Below, piece by piece: positions 38,896-46,970 of a stretch of 64,000 nucleotides of DNA. A model generated the notes under the pieces. That model was not told the DNA's origin, did no database searches, and saw only the letters and a program-made list of their open reading frames with translations. A program made the position numbers and the translations under genes. This DNA comes from Flavobacterium sp. (GTDB lineage Bacteria; Bacteroidota; Bacteroidia; Flavobacteriales; Flavobacteriaceae): the NCBI GenBank assembly GCA_044347145.1, contig JBIIXU010000009.1:3331-67330 (forward strand). Direction: 5' to 3'. How positions within the stretch are numbered: the first letter of the stretch is position 1; each line of letters starts with the position of its first letter.

Positions 38896-41496
38896 ATGAA
38901 AAAACTCATTGTTTTTATATCGCTTGTGCCATTTATGGCAATTAGCCAAAATTTTGAAACCATCATTCAAAATTATTTGACCTTAAATAAAGATCAGTAC
39001 CAACTTTCTTCGGCAGATTTAAGTGAATTTGTTATCCACAACCAACACTATGCTAGGTCAACAAAAACTAACAATGTTTATGTGACACAAAAGGTTTCAA
39101 ATATAGAAATTCATCAAGGGGTTTCGGTATTTAGCATTGATAATGCGCTAAAAGTTCGCACAGCAAAGGTGGGTTTTATAAGACAAGCCGCTCAAAAAAT
39201 TAATACCACCACACCTGCTATAACGCCCCAACAAGCTATTTCAAAGGCCGCAGATTATTTAAAAATAGATAATCGAGGTAACTTGCAAGTGATTAATCAA
39301 ATGAATGAACAACAATTTTTGTTTAATGCAGCAAACATTTCGCAAGAATCGATACCCGTGAAACTGATGTATCAATCAAATGATGACCAAACCCAACTAA
39401 GATTGGTTTGGGATTTGAGTATTTACCTTTTAGATTCAAGTCATTGGTATAGCATAAGGATTGATGCAGTAAACGGCAACCTTTTAAGCATACTAGATTG
39501 GGTTTCAAATTGTAAATTTGATGATAGCCATTCTGATAATCACTATGATTCAAAGGTTAAAACTTTTGGCAAGCAAATAACAATCAATAAATCTTCCTAT
39601 TTTGCCTTTGGACCAAATGATGGTTCACAGTATAATGTTTTACCCATGCCGAATGAAAGTCCAAATCATGGCAGCACGGCTTTACTTTCACAACCTGCAA
39701 ACCCTATTGCCTCCCCGTTTGGTTGGCACGACACTAATGGCGTTGTTGGTCCAGAATTTACCTCTACAAGAGGAAACAATGTTAGAGCGAGAGCAGATTT
39801 AGCGGGAAATAATACAGGTGATGAAACACAAGGTGGTTCAACATTAAATTTTAATTTTCCTTTTAGCTTAAACAATCACCCTAATACGTATATACCAGCT
39901 TCAACCACCAATTTATTTTATTGGAATAATATCATTCATGATGTCTTTCATTTTTATGGTTTTGATGAAGCTAGTGGAAATTTTCAACAAACCAACTATA
40001 GTGGCCAAGGTTTAGGCAACGATTTTGTCAATGCAGACAATCAAGATGGCAGTGGCACTAACAATGCCAATTTTGCAACGCCTCCAGATGGCAGTAGCCC
40101 AAGAATGCAAATGTTTAATTGGACTACTGGTGCAGGTGGTGCTTTACTATCAGTTCCTGCTGGCGCCTTACAAGGTACATACAGCGTGGCGCCCTCAACT
40201 TTTGGTGCTAGTTTGTCTACACCAGTAACTGGCGATTTTGCCTTAGTTGTTGATGATAATAGTGGCACAACTACAGACCCAAATGATGGTTGTGACAATA
40301 TAATTAATAGCAGCAGTTTGGCCGGAAAAATAGTTGTAATGAGAAGAGGAAACTGTCAATTCGGCACAAAAGTTTTAGCCGCTCAAAACCAAGGCGCTAC
40401 TGCAGTAATCGTTGTAAATAACACAGGTGCAAATCCAATATCAATGACACCTGGTAATGACGGTGGCAGCGTAACCATACCTTCTGTGATGATTTCACAA
40501 GCACTTGGCCAACAAATCATAGATGCCCTCAACGGAAATCAGTCTATTAGTGGTACATTGTCGCTAACTAATGACCCTGTTTTAACTAGCTCAATGGATA
40601 GTGGCGTAATTACACATGAATATGGTCATGGTATCTCCAACCGTTTAACTGGTGGCGCCAACAATAGTAATTGCTTGGGCAATGCTGAACAAATGGGCGA
40701 AGGTTGGAGTGATTATTTTGCTTTAATTTTAACTATGAAACCAACAGACACTGCGAATCAAATTAGAGGTATGGGCTCTTATTTAAGAAACCAACCTATC
40801 ACGGGAAATGGTATCAGACCTGCACCATATAGCAGAAGTTTTACGGTGAATAATTTTACGTTTGGGGCAACAAATAATCAAAGTATATCGCAACCTCATG
40901 GTATTGGTTTTGTTTGGGCTTCTATGCTTTGGGATATGACTTGGGATATGATTGATGTTTATGGTTTTAACCCTAATTTTTTTACTGGTAATGGTGGAAA
41001 TAATAAGGCGCTACAGCTAGTTGTAGATGGTTTAAAATTACAACCATGTAATCCAGGTTTTGTTGATGGCCGAAATGCTATTTTAGAGGCAGATTTACTG
41101 GCAAACAATAGTGATAACAAATGTCTTATTTGGCGCGCTTTTGCCCGAAGAGGTCTTGGTGTTAGTGCTAGTCAAGGCAGTTCAACTAATAGATTTGACC
41201 AAATTGAGGCCTTTGATATCCCACAAGAATGTACGCTTTCAACCACTGGGTTTAACAGCAATGATTTCTTCTTTTATCCTAATCCAACAGATGGTCAATT
41301 ACAAATCGTAGCCAAAAATGCCGTTGGAACTAGTCTTATTTCTGTTTATGATGTGAATGGTAGATTAGTGAAAGAAGCGCAAATAGATTTACTAAACTAT
41401 ACTACTTTCGATATTAGTAATCTGAACGCTGGCGTTTATATTATAAAAATTTCTAATGATACCATTGATTTTCAAACGAAGATCATTAAGAAATAA
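38896..41496 (+). CDS. Secreted M36 (fungalysin-like) metalloprotease with a PA domain and a T9SS C-terminal sorting domain
   Basis: The likely start is MKKLIVFISLVPFMAISQ (ATG at 38896). It has the zinc motif HEYGHGISNRLTGG, a PA-like insert (GKIVVMRRGNCQFGTK) and a CTD (FFFYPNPTDGQL...GVYIIKISN). Confidence 0.85.
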   Translation: MKKLIVFISLVPFMAISQNFETIIQNYLTLNKDQYQLSSADLSEFVIHNQHYARSTKTNNVYVTQKVSNIEIHQGVSVFSIDNALKVRTAKVGFIRQAAQKINTTTPAITPQQAISKAADYLKIDNRGNLQVINQMNEQQFLFNAANISQESIPVKLMYQSNDDQTQLRLVWDLSIYLLDSSHWYSIRIDAVNGNLLSILDWVSNCKFDDSHSDNHYDSKVKTFGKQITINKSSYFAFGPNDGSQYNVLPMPNESPNHGSTALLSQPANPIASPFGWHDTNGVVGPEFTSTRGNNVRARADLAGNNTGDETQGGSTLNFNFPFSLNNHPNTYIPASTTNLFYWNNIIHDVFHFYGFDEASGNFQQTNYSGQGLGNDFVNADNQDGSGTNNANFATPPDGSSPRMQMFNWTTGAGGALLSVPAGALQGTYSVAPSTFGASLSTPVTGDFALVVDDNSGTTTDPNDGCDNIINSSSLAGKIVVMRRGNCQFGTKVLAAQNQGATAVIVVNNTGANPISMTPGNDGGSVTIPSVMISQALGQQIIDALNGNQSISGTLSLTNDPVLTSSMDSGVITHEYGHGISNRLTGGANNSNCLGNAEQMGEGWSDYFALILTMKPTDTANQIRGMGSYLRNQPITGNGIRPAPYSRSFTVNNFTFGATNNQSISQPHGIGFVWASMLWDMTWDMIDVYGFNPNFFTGNGGNNKALQLVVDGLKLQPCNPGFVDGRNAILEADLLANNSDNKCLIWRAFARRGLGVSASQGSSTNRFDQIEAFDIPQECTLSTTGFNSNDFFFYPNPTDGQLQIVAKNAVGTSLISVYDVNGRLVKEAQIDLLNYTTFDISNLNAGVYIIKISNDTIDFQTKIIKK

Positions 41497-41517
41497 TTAA
41501 AATAAAATCCGTTTGCA

Positions 41518-41544
41518 AAGCCGCTCTTTTGGGCGGCTTTTTTG
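41518..41544 (+). terminator. Rho-independent terminator after the protease gene
   Basis: Stem AAGCCGC/GCGGCTT with an 8-nt loop, followed by a T run. Confidence 0.7.
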
Positions 41545-41590
41545 TTAGAAATAAAACAAATTTTTGTACTTTTGTGAAAATTTTACCAAC

Positions 41591-43138
41591 ATGACAGTAA
41601 ACATAGACCACATTTTTAATCAATTAAATTTATCCCCAATTAACAAAGGCACTTCAACAGGTGACAGCTGGATCAGCACATCAAATGCGTACCTTGAAAG
41701 TTTTTCGCCAGTAAATGGTCAATTGATTGGAAAAGTAGAAGTTACAACAGCAGCAGATTACCAACAAGTTAAGCAAAAAGCAAAGGAAGCCTATCAAGTT
41801 TTTCGTTTGATGCCTGCACCAAAAAGAGGCGAAATTGTTAGGCAATTTGGTGATAAATTAAGAGAATTAAAACAACCTTTGGGTGAACTCGTTTCATTAG
41901 AAATGGGCAAATCGCTTCAAGAAGGTTTGGGCGAGGTTCAGGAAATGATTGACATTTGCGATTTTGCAGTTGGTTTGTCTCGTCAATTATATGGTTTAAC
42001 CATGCATTCTGAAAGACCTGGTCACCGGATGTATGAACAATATCATCCATTAGGCATTGTAGGTATTATATCTGCCTTTAATTTTCCAGTGGCCGTTTGG
42101 GCTTGGAATACGGCATTGGCTTGGGTTTGTGGCGATGTTTGCATTTGGAAACCATCAGAAAAAGCACCTTTGTGTGGTGTGGCCTGTCAACATATTATTG
42201 CAGAAGTTTTGAAAGCCAATGATATGCCAGAGGGTATTTCTTGCTTGATTAATGGCGATTATCAGGTGGGTGAATTTTTAACCATAGATGAAGAAGTGCC
42301 ACTTATTTCAGCAACTGGCTCAACACGGATGGGTAAAATTGTTGCACAAACTGTTGGCGAAAGATTAGGTCGTTCTCTTTTAGAGTTAGGTGGTAATAAT
42401 GCCATCATCGTTACACCAAATGCCGATTTAAAAATGACCATTATAGGTGCAGTTTTTGGAGCAGTTGGAACAGCCGGTCAACGTTGTACATCAACCAGAA
42501 GGTTAATCATTCATGAATCATTGTATGACAAAGTTAAACAATCTTTATTGACTGCTTACCAACAAATCAAAATTGGCAATCCATTAGACCAAAGCAATCA
42601 TGTGGGACCTCTTATTGATAAAGATGCTGTTGATATGTATTTAAAAGCCATTGCGGCAGGTCAAGCAGAAGGTGCTAAAATAATAACTGGTGGCCAAGTT
42701 CTAACTGGCGAAGGTTATGAAAGTGGTTGCTACGTGACGCCTGTTATTGCAGAAGTTGAAAACCATTTCAAAATTGTACAGCATGAAACTTTTGCACCGA
42801 TATTATACCTCATTAAGTATAGTGGAGATGTTCAAGAAGCCATTGCCATTCAAAATGATGTGCGTCAAGGGTTGTCTTCAGCTATCATGACCACCAATAT
42901 GCGTGAAGCAGAACTGTTTTTATCTCATGCAGGTTCAGACTGTGGAATTGCCAATGTGAATATTGGTACTTCAGGCGCAGAAATTGGCGGTGCTTTTGGC
43001 GGTGAAAAAGAAACAGGTGGCGGTAGAGAATCTGGGTCAGATGCTTGGAAAGTTTATATGCGTCGTCAAACCAATACCATTAATTATACAACAAGCTTGC
43101 CCTTGGCTCAAGGCATCAAATTTGAATTTGATTTTTAA
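41591..43138 (+). CDS. Aldehyde dehydrogenase, ALDH7 (aminoadipate-semialdehyde dehydrogenase)-like
   Basis: The likely start is MTVNIDH (ATG at 41591). It has ELGGNNAIIV and GTAGQRCTSTRRL catalytic motifs. Confidence 0.88.
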   Translation: MTVNIDHIFNQLNLSPINKGTSTGDSWISTSNAYLESFSPVNGQLIGKVEVTTAADYQQVKQKAKEAYQVFRLMPAPKRGEIVRQFGDKLRELKQPLGELVSLEMGKSLQEGLGEVQEMIDICDFAVGLSRQLYGLTMHSERPGHRMYEQYHPLGIVGIISAFNFPVAVWAWNTALAWVCGDVCIWKPSEKAPLCGVACQHIIAEVLKANDMPEGISCLINGDYQVGEFLTIDEEVPLISATGSTRMGKIVAQTVGERLGRSLLELGGNNAIIVTPNADLKMTIIGAVFGAVGTAGQRCTSTRRLIIHESLYDKVKQSLLTAYQQIKIGNPLDQSNHVGPLIDKDAVDMYLKAIAAGQAEGAKIITGGQVLTGEGYESGCYVTPVIAEVENHFKIVQHETFAPILYLIKYSGDVQEAIAIQNDVRQGLSSAIMTTNMREAELFLSHAGSDCGIANVNIGTSGAEIGGAFGGEKETGGGRESGSDAWKVYMRRQTNTINYTTSLPLAQGIKFEFDF

Positions 43139-43191
43139 ATTATTCTAGAAAGAAAAAAGCTTGTAAAAATAATTACGATTGATAACTTAAG

Positions 43192-43214
43192 GTCCAAAGT
43201 GAGAAGCTTTGGAC
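43192..43214. terminator. Hairpin between convergent genes (bidirectional terminator candidate)
   Basis: Stem GTCCAAAG/CTTTGGAC with a 7-nt loop, between the ALDH gene (+) and tsaB (-). Confidence 0.55.
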
Positions 43215-43217
43215 TTT

Positions 43218-43880
43218 CTATTTGCTACCAACCATAAATTCTTTCAAATAATATGGCTCAAAATAGGCGACATCCTCAAAATCCATTGTCATAAATTTTT
43301 GATACGCCAAGCTGACCATGTCTTTAGCGGAAGGATATAAAATACTTGGGTCAAAATGGAAGTTTTTTGCCTTTAAAATTTCCTGACATTTTGGTGCACC
43401 ATCACCAATAAAATATAAGTCTTGATTGAGGTTTGAAAAATGATCTTCAGCAACGATTAAAGCTTTTGTCTCAGAAATATTTTGCCATTTATGGTCAAAA
43501 ATTGTTGTATAAACTTCCATGCGTCTGGCATCAATCATTGGGATAATGTAACCGCTTTCTGTTTTTATCTGTTTGGCCAAAACAGCCAAAGTATCAACAG
43601 CAATGAGGGGAATATTTAAAGCATAACATAAACCTTTAGCGGCAGAAACACCAATACGTAAACCTGTATATGACCCCGGTCCTTTACTCACAGCTATAGC
43701 GTGCAAGTCTATCATCTGCACGTTGGCTTCATGCATAACCTGTTGAATAAAAACATGGAGGTTCTCAGCATGTGTATAATTGCCTTCAGCTAATTCTTTA
43801 GCAACTAATAGCTGTCCATTTTCAGATAAGCTCACTGAGCAATTTTTGGTTGCTGTTTCTAAACATAGGATTTTTGACAT
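43218..43880 (-). CDS. tsaB: tRNA t6A37 threonylcarbamoyl-transfer complex dimerisation subunit TsaB
   Basis: 220-aa ORF with ILCLETATKNCSV and GPGSYTGLRIG motifs. Confidence 0.9.
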   Translation of the reverse strand: MSKILCLETATKNCSVSLSENGQLLVAKELAEGNYTHAENLHVFIQQVMHEANVQMIDLHAIAVSKGPGSYTGLRIGVSAAKGLCYALNIPLIAVDTLAVLAKQIKTESGYIIPMIDARRMEVYTTIFDHKWQNISETKALIVAEDHFSNLNQDLYFIGDGAPKCQEILKAKNFHFDPSILYPSAKDMVSLAYQKFMTMDFEDVAYFEPYYLKEFMVGSK

Positions 43881-43939
43881 GGTCTGAATTTATTTGACAA
43901 AAATAATGCTTTTTTTTGGAGGTATCAATGCATAAGCTT

Positions 43940-44683
43940 CTACCCGTTAAAAACGCCCAACAGTGCATCTTTATAAGTCGCTGCCACATCAATCTCTTTT
44001 TTATTGATTAATGTAACCACGCCACCACTACCTTTTTGATAACTCACCATGAATTCTGTATTGATGATATGCGACCGATGAATGCGAATAAAAGGCGCAG
44101 CAAGCAAATCTTCAAAATGTTTTAAAAAACGACAAACCATTTTTTTACCGCCATCTTTTAAATGTATCTGCGTAAAATTGCCGTCTGCTTCTAGATGAAC
44201 AATTTGGTCTAATTTAACTACCTCAAATCCTTGCAAGGTGGGAATAATCAATTGTTGTTGGATGTGATTTTGTTTGATGTTTTGCAACAAAATTTCATTT
44301 CTATTAAAATTTTCATTTTTTTCTATTTGTTCTTGCACTTTTGCAACTGCTTTGATTAGCTCTTGAATATCTATAGGTTTTAAGATGTAATATGAAGCAC
44401 TCATATTCAAAGCTTGCAAAGAGTACTCAGAAAAAGCGGTAATAAAAATGGTTTCATAAGTACAATCTGCCGTGGCTTCTAACACATCAAAGGCATTGCC
44501 AAAAGGCATTTCTACATCCAAAAAAACCAATTGCGGCTGGGTAGATCTGATTAAAGGCTCAGCTTCCTTGATATTCTGCGCTTCACCTAAAACCTCAACT
44601 TGTGGACAATGCTTGGTTAAATAACTGCGTAATACCTCTCTGGCTATTTGTTCGTCGTCAACGATGACTGCTTTTATTTTCAT
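43940..44683 (-). CDS. LytTR-family two-component response regulator
   Basis: 247-aa ORF. It has a receiver domain (phospho-acceptor context LVFLDVEMP) and a C-terminal LytTR domain (FIRIHRSHIIN). Confidence 0.9.
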   Translation of the reverse strand: MKIKAVIVDDEQIAREVLRSYLTKHCPQVEVLGEAQNIKEAEPLIRSTQPQLVFLDVEMPFGNAFDVLEATADCTYETIFITAFSEYSLQALNMSASYYILKPIDIQELIKAVAKVQEQIEKNENFNRNEILLQNIKQNHIQQQLIIPTLQGFEVVKLDQIVHLEADGNFTQIHLKDGGKKMVCRFLKHFEDLLAAPFIRIHRSHIINTEFMVSYQKGSGGVVTLINKKEIDVAATYKDALLGVFNG

Positions 44684-44711
44684 GGAAAAATTTATGAATT
44701 GTAGTTCTTAA

Positions 44712-45004
44712 TCAAAAACTTAAACGTTTAGGATTTTGATAATTATTCCAAAATATTAACAAGGTGATTTTGTTATCTTTTAACTCATAATATAATGTTA
44801 TTTGCATAACAACCACTATTTGATAAACGTACTTCTTCCTTGTTGATTGAAAAATAACATCGCCTCTTGCAATTGATTAAGCACCTCGTTAACTTTATTG
44901 AAAAAACTTTCAACTTCTCTCTCTGACCACTCACTTTCTAAATAGTCAATATTTTGCCAATAATCAAATCTAGCATTTTCAGACCAAGTTATTGGTAACA
45001 TCAT
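44712..45004 (-). pseudogene. ParE/RelE-family toxin interrupted by a 1-nt frameshift
   Basis: The track ORF 44816-45004 gives the N-terminal part (MMLPITWSENARFDYWQNIDYLESEW...AMLFF) and then stops. The -1 frame continues as QSTRKKYVYQIVVVMQITLYYELKDNKITLLIFWNNYQNPKRLSF, ending at the TGA at 44714-44712. The junction is an A5 run at 44850-44854 on the + strand, and one extra base there restores a ~97-aa toxin. Confidence 0.65.
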
Positions 45005-45217
45005 TTATTCTTTAAAATATTTAGGATACTTTAATCTGGTCATTCGCATAACTTCTTCATGCGTATGCACTCTGCCATTTGCCACATCATCTAAAGCTTC
45101 GTCTATGGCTTTGATTTGTTCTGGAGTCAAGTCTATGGCGTCTTCTGTAAATAAAAAATCTTCTTTAGAACCATTTTGCCCATTTAATTCATAGGCAATA
45201 TCAAAAGCTTTAAACAT
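45005..45217 (-). CDS. Putative antitoxin partner of the ParE/RelE-like toxin
   Basis: 70-aa acidic ORF whose stop codon directly abuts the toxin start codon (45004/45005). No family motif recognised with certainty. Confidence 0.5.
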   Translation of the reverse strand: MFKAFDIAYELNGQNGSKEDFLFTEDAIDLTPEQIKAIDEALDDVANGRVHTHEEVMRMTRLKYPKYFKE

Positions 45218-45323
45218 TTCTATTAAGGCTTTTGTTTTAGTGGGTTAGGTTTTAATGATAAGTGTGTCCATAAGTAAGATAAATTATACAAAGATAAAAA
45301 ATATTAGAATACATTATACAAAT

Positions 45324-45710
45324 TTAACCAATACCCCTCAACCGTTCATTCTCCAGTTCAAGTTGATTGTTTTTAGCTTTCAAAATCTCGTTCTCCTCCT
45401 CTAATTTGGCAATATATTTGCGCTGGCTGTCTAATAAATATTCTGGTACGCTGTAAATATTGTTTGTGCCTTGATAATTACCCGTTGCTTGGTCTTTGCA
45501 AATAAACACCATGCTTTCTTCACTTTCATAAATATCTTCCACTGGCACGTCTAAAGACTTGGCTATTCTGTCCCATTCTTCTTGATGAATTTTACTGTGC
45601 CCGTTTTCTTTTCTGCTATAGGTTGAGGTGGTCATGCCCATAAGTTGAGCCATTTTGGCTTGAGAAAAACCTTTGGTTAAACGTGCAGAAGTGAGTTTTG
45701 TTTTTTCCAT
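45324..45710 (-). CDS. XRE-family HTH transcriptional regulator with a C-terminal coiled coil
   Basis: It has the HTH segment LTSARLTKGFSQAKMAQLMGMTTSTYSRKENG and a C-terminal heptad-like region, KLEEENEILKAKNNQLELENERL. The likely start is MEKTKL (ATG at 45710). It is divergent from the peptide genes. Confidence 0.8.
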   Translation of the reverse strand: MEKTKLTSARLTKGFSQAKMAQLMGMTTSTYSRKENGHSKIHQEEWDRIAKSLDVPVEDIYESEESMVFICKDQATGNYQGTNNIYSVPEYLLDSQRKYIAKLEEENEILKAKNNQLELENERLRGIG

Positions 45711-45731
45711 AATCTTTGATGTTGCGTAAAA

Positions 45732-45748
45732 TTGCAATTAAATTGCAA
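45732..45748. promoter_or_regulatory. 17-bp palindrome TTGCAATT-A-AATTGCAA (operator candidate)
   Basis: Read directly, 22-38 nt upstream of the XRE ATG in the divergent intergenic region. AAATTG(C/T) also recurs at 45729, 45740 and 45771. Confidence 0.35.
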
Positions 45749-45796
45749 CAAAAATAATAATATTTTTGAAAAATTGTTGTTTTATTTGTAACAGTT

Positions 45797-45826
45797 TTGC
45801 TCACTACAAATTTTTTATTACATTTG
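45797..45826 (+). promoter_or_regulatory. Bacteroidota sigma-A-type promoter candidate for the precursor peptide genes
   Basis: TTG (45797-45799), a 19-nt spacer, then TAcaTTTG (45819-45826). This matches the TTG-N19-TAnnTTTG consensus and lies 74 nt upstream of the ATG at 45900. Confidence 0.4.
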
Positions 45827-45899
45827 AGTGCACGCAGATGGAAAAAGAAGAATGAGTGAGAAACAAAAAAATTATTATTAATTATTAAATTTTAACATT

Positions 45900-46103
45900 A
45901 TGGAAAGTTTAAAAAAATTTCAAAACAAACAAATTAAAGGTAATTTTATTTTTGGTGGTGGTTGGGTAAATACAAGTTCTACAAAGACCAACGAACAAGG
46001 ATGCACTGTAACTACTGAAGACAGGTTTAATGACACAAATGGTGATGGTATTTGGAATTCTGGTGAGACTGGTTCAATGTGCGTAGGTATTGAATGTAAA
46101 TAA
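45900..46103 (+). CDS. RiPP precursor peptide A1 (double-glycine-type leader)
   Basis: 67-aa ORF: MESLKKFQNKQIKGNFIFGG/GWVNTSSTKTNEQGCTVTTEDRFNDTNGDGIWNSGETGSMCVGIECK. It has a leader-like N-terminus ending in GG, and a core rich in Ser/Thr, Asp/Glu and Cys. It is first in the operon with the ATP-grasp, SPASM and C39 exporter genes. Confidence 0.7.
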   Translation: MESLKKFQNKQIKGNFIFGGGWVNTSSTKTNEQGCTVTTEDRFNDTNGDGIWNSGETGSMCVGIECK

Positions 46104-46112
46104 TTAATTATT

Positions 46113-46310
46113 ATGAAAAGTTTACAAAAATTTCAAATAAAAAAGATTTCTAATTTAAATAGAAATATAGGCAGCGGATGGGTGCATACTAGTGGATGCT
46201 GTACTCTTGTGAATGGCGAACAAGTGACTAGAGATATTTTTTATGACACCAATGGAGATGGGTCATGTAATACTTTTAGTGAATTTCAATCAATGTCTTA
46301 TGTTAAATAA
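46113..46310 (+). CDS. RiPP precursor peptide A2 (paralog of A1)
   Basis: 65-aa ORF: MKSLQKFQIKKISNLNRNIGSG/WVHTSGCCTLVNGEQVTRDIFYDTNGDGSCNTFSEFQSMSYVK. It shares M-x-SL-x-KFQ, GWV-x-TS and F-x-DTNGDG with A1. Confidence 0.7.
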   Translation: MKSLQKFQIKKISNLNRNIGSGWVHTSGCCTLVNGEQVTRDIFYDTNGDGSCNTFSEFQSMSYVK

Positions 46311-46355
46311 AATAGTTAGTTCTATATGATAACATGCATTAGAAAAATTAAATAT

Positions 46356-46970
46356 ATGGGTAAAATTTTACCCATATATTTTTTTGCAACTATAATCTTT
46401 TTATCATGTAGCAAAAAAGTTTTTTTTGCTAAAAACGCATATTGTAAAGAATTAGACAAAATAGTACATGATGACCAGTTTCAAAGAAATCAACAAAGTG
46501 TAATTGACAATAAGTATGGTTTAAGAACAAATGCTACCGTTATTGATAGTTTAAACAAGATAAAGAGCGATGATGGTTCTGCTTTTAAAAATATAAAACC
46601 AATTTCAAAACAATTAGAAAAACTTAATGACTCTGATAAGGCAAATTATCATAGAGAAAACGATTCCTTATGGAAGGTTATAAGAGCTACTGATAGTATT
46701 AATCTTGTTAAAATTATTAAAATTGTAAAAACACATGGCTTTCCAACATTTTCTAAAAGTAAAGCTAATAATTGTAGTCAAGGCTATGGTGTGATATTTA
46801 GGCATTTTGATTACAATAGTGAAAATGGAAAAAAACTCATCAAATTAATCAAAGCAGAACATAAAAAAGAACCATTAACTGATGATGAATTGAGAGGTTT
46901 AATTTGGCATGCAAATGGGAGAAAAGAAATTGAGTGGGAAATTGATGTAAAAAAATGGATGGCACAATAA
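46356..46970 (+). CDS. Lipoprotein of unknown function within the RiPP operon (immunity/accessory candidate)
   Basis: The likely start is MGKILPIYFFATIIFLSCSKK (ATG at 46356), with lipobox FLSC. No catalytic motif recognised. It overlaps the ATP-grasp gene start by 16 nt. Confidence 0.55.
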   Translation: MGKILPIYFFATIIFLSCSKKVFFAKNAYCKELDKIVHDDQFQRNQQSVIDNKYGLRTNATVIDSLNKIKSDDGSAFKNIKPISKQLEKLNDSDKANYHRENDSLWKVIRATDSINLVKIIKIVKTHGFPTFSKSKANNCSQGYGVIFRHFDYNSENGKKLIKLIKAEHKKEPLTDDELRGLIWHANGRKEIEWEIDVKKWMAQ

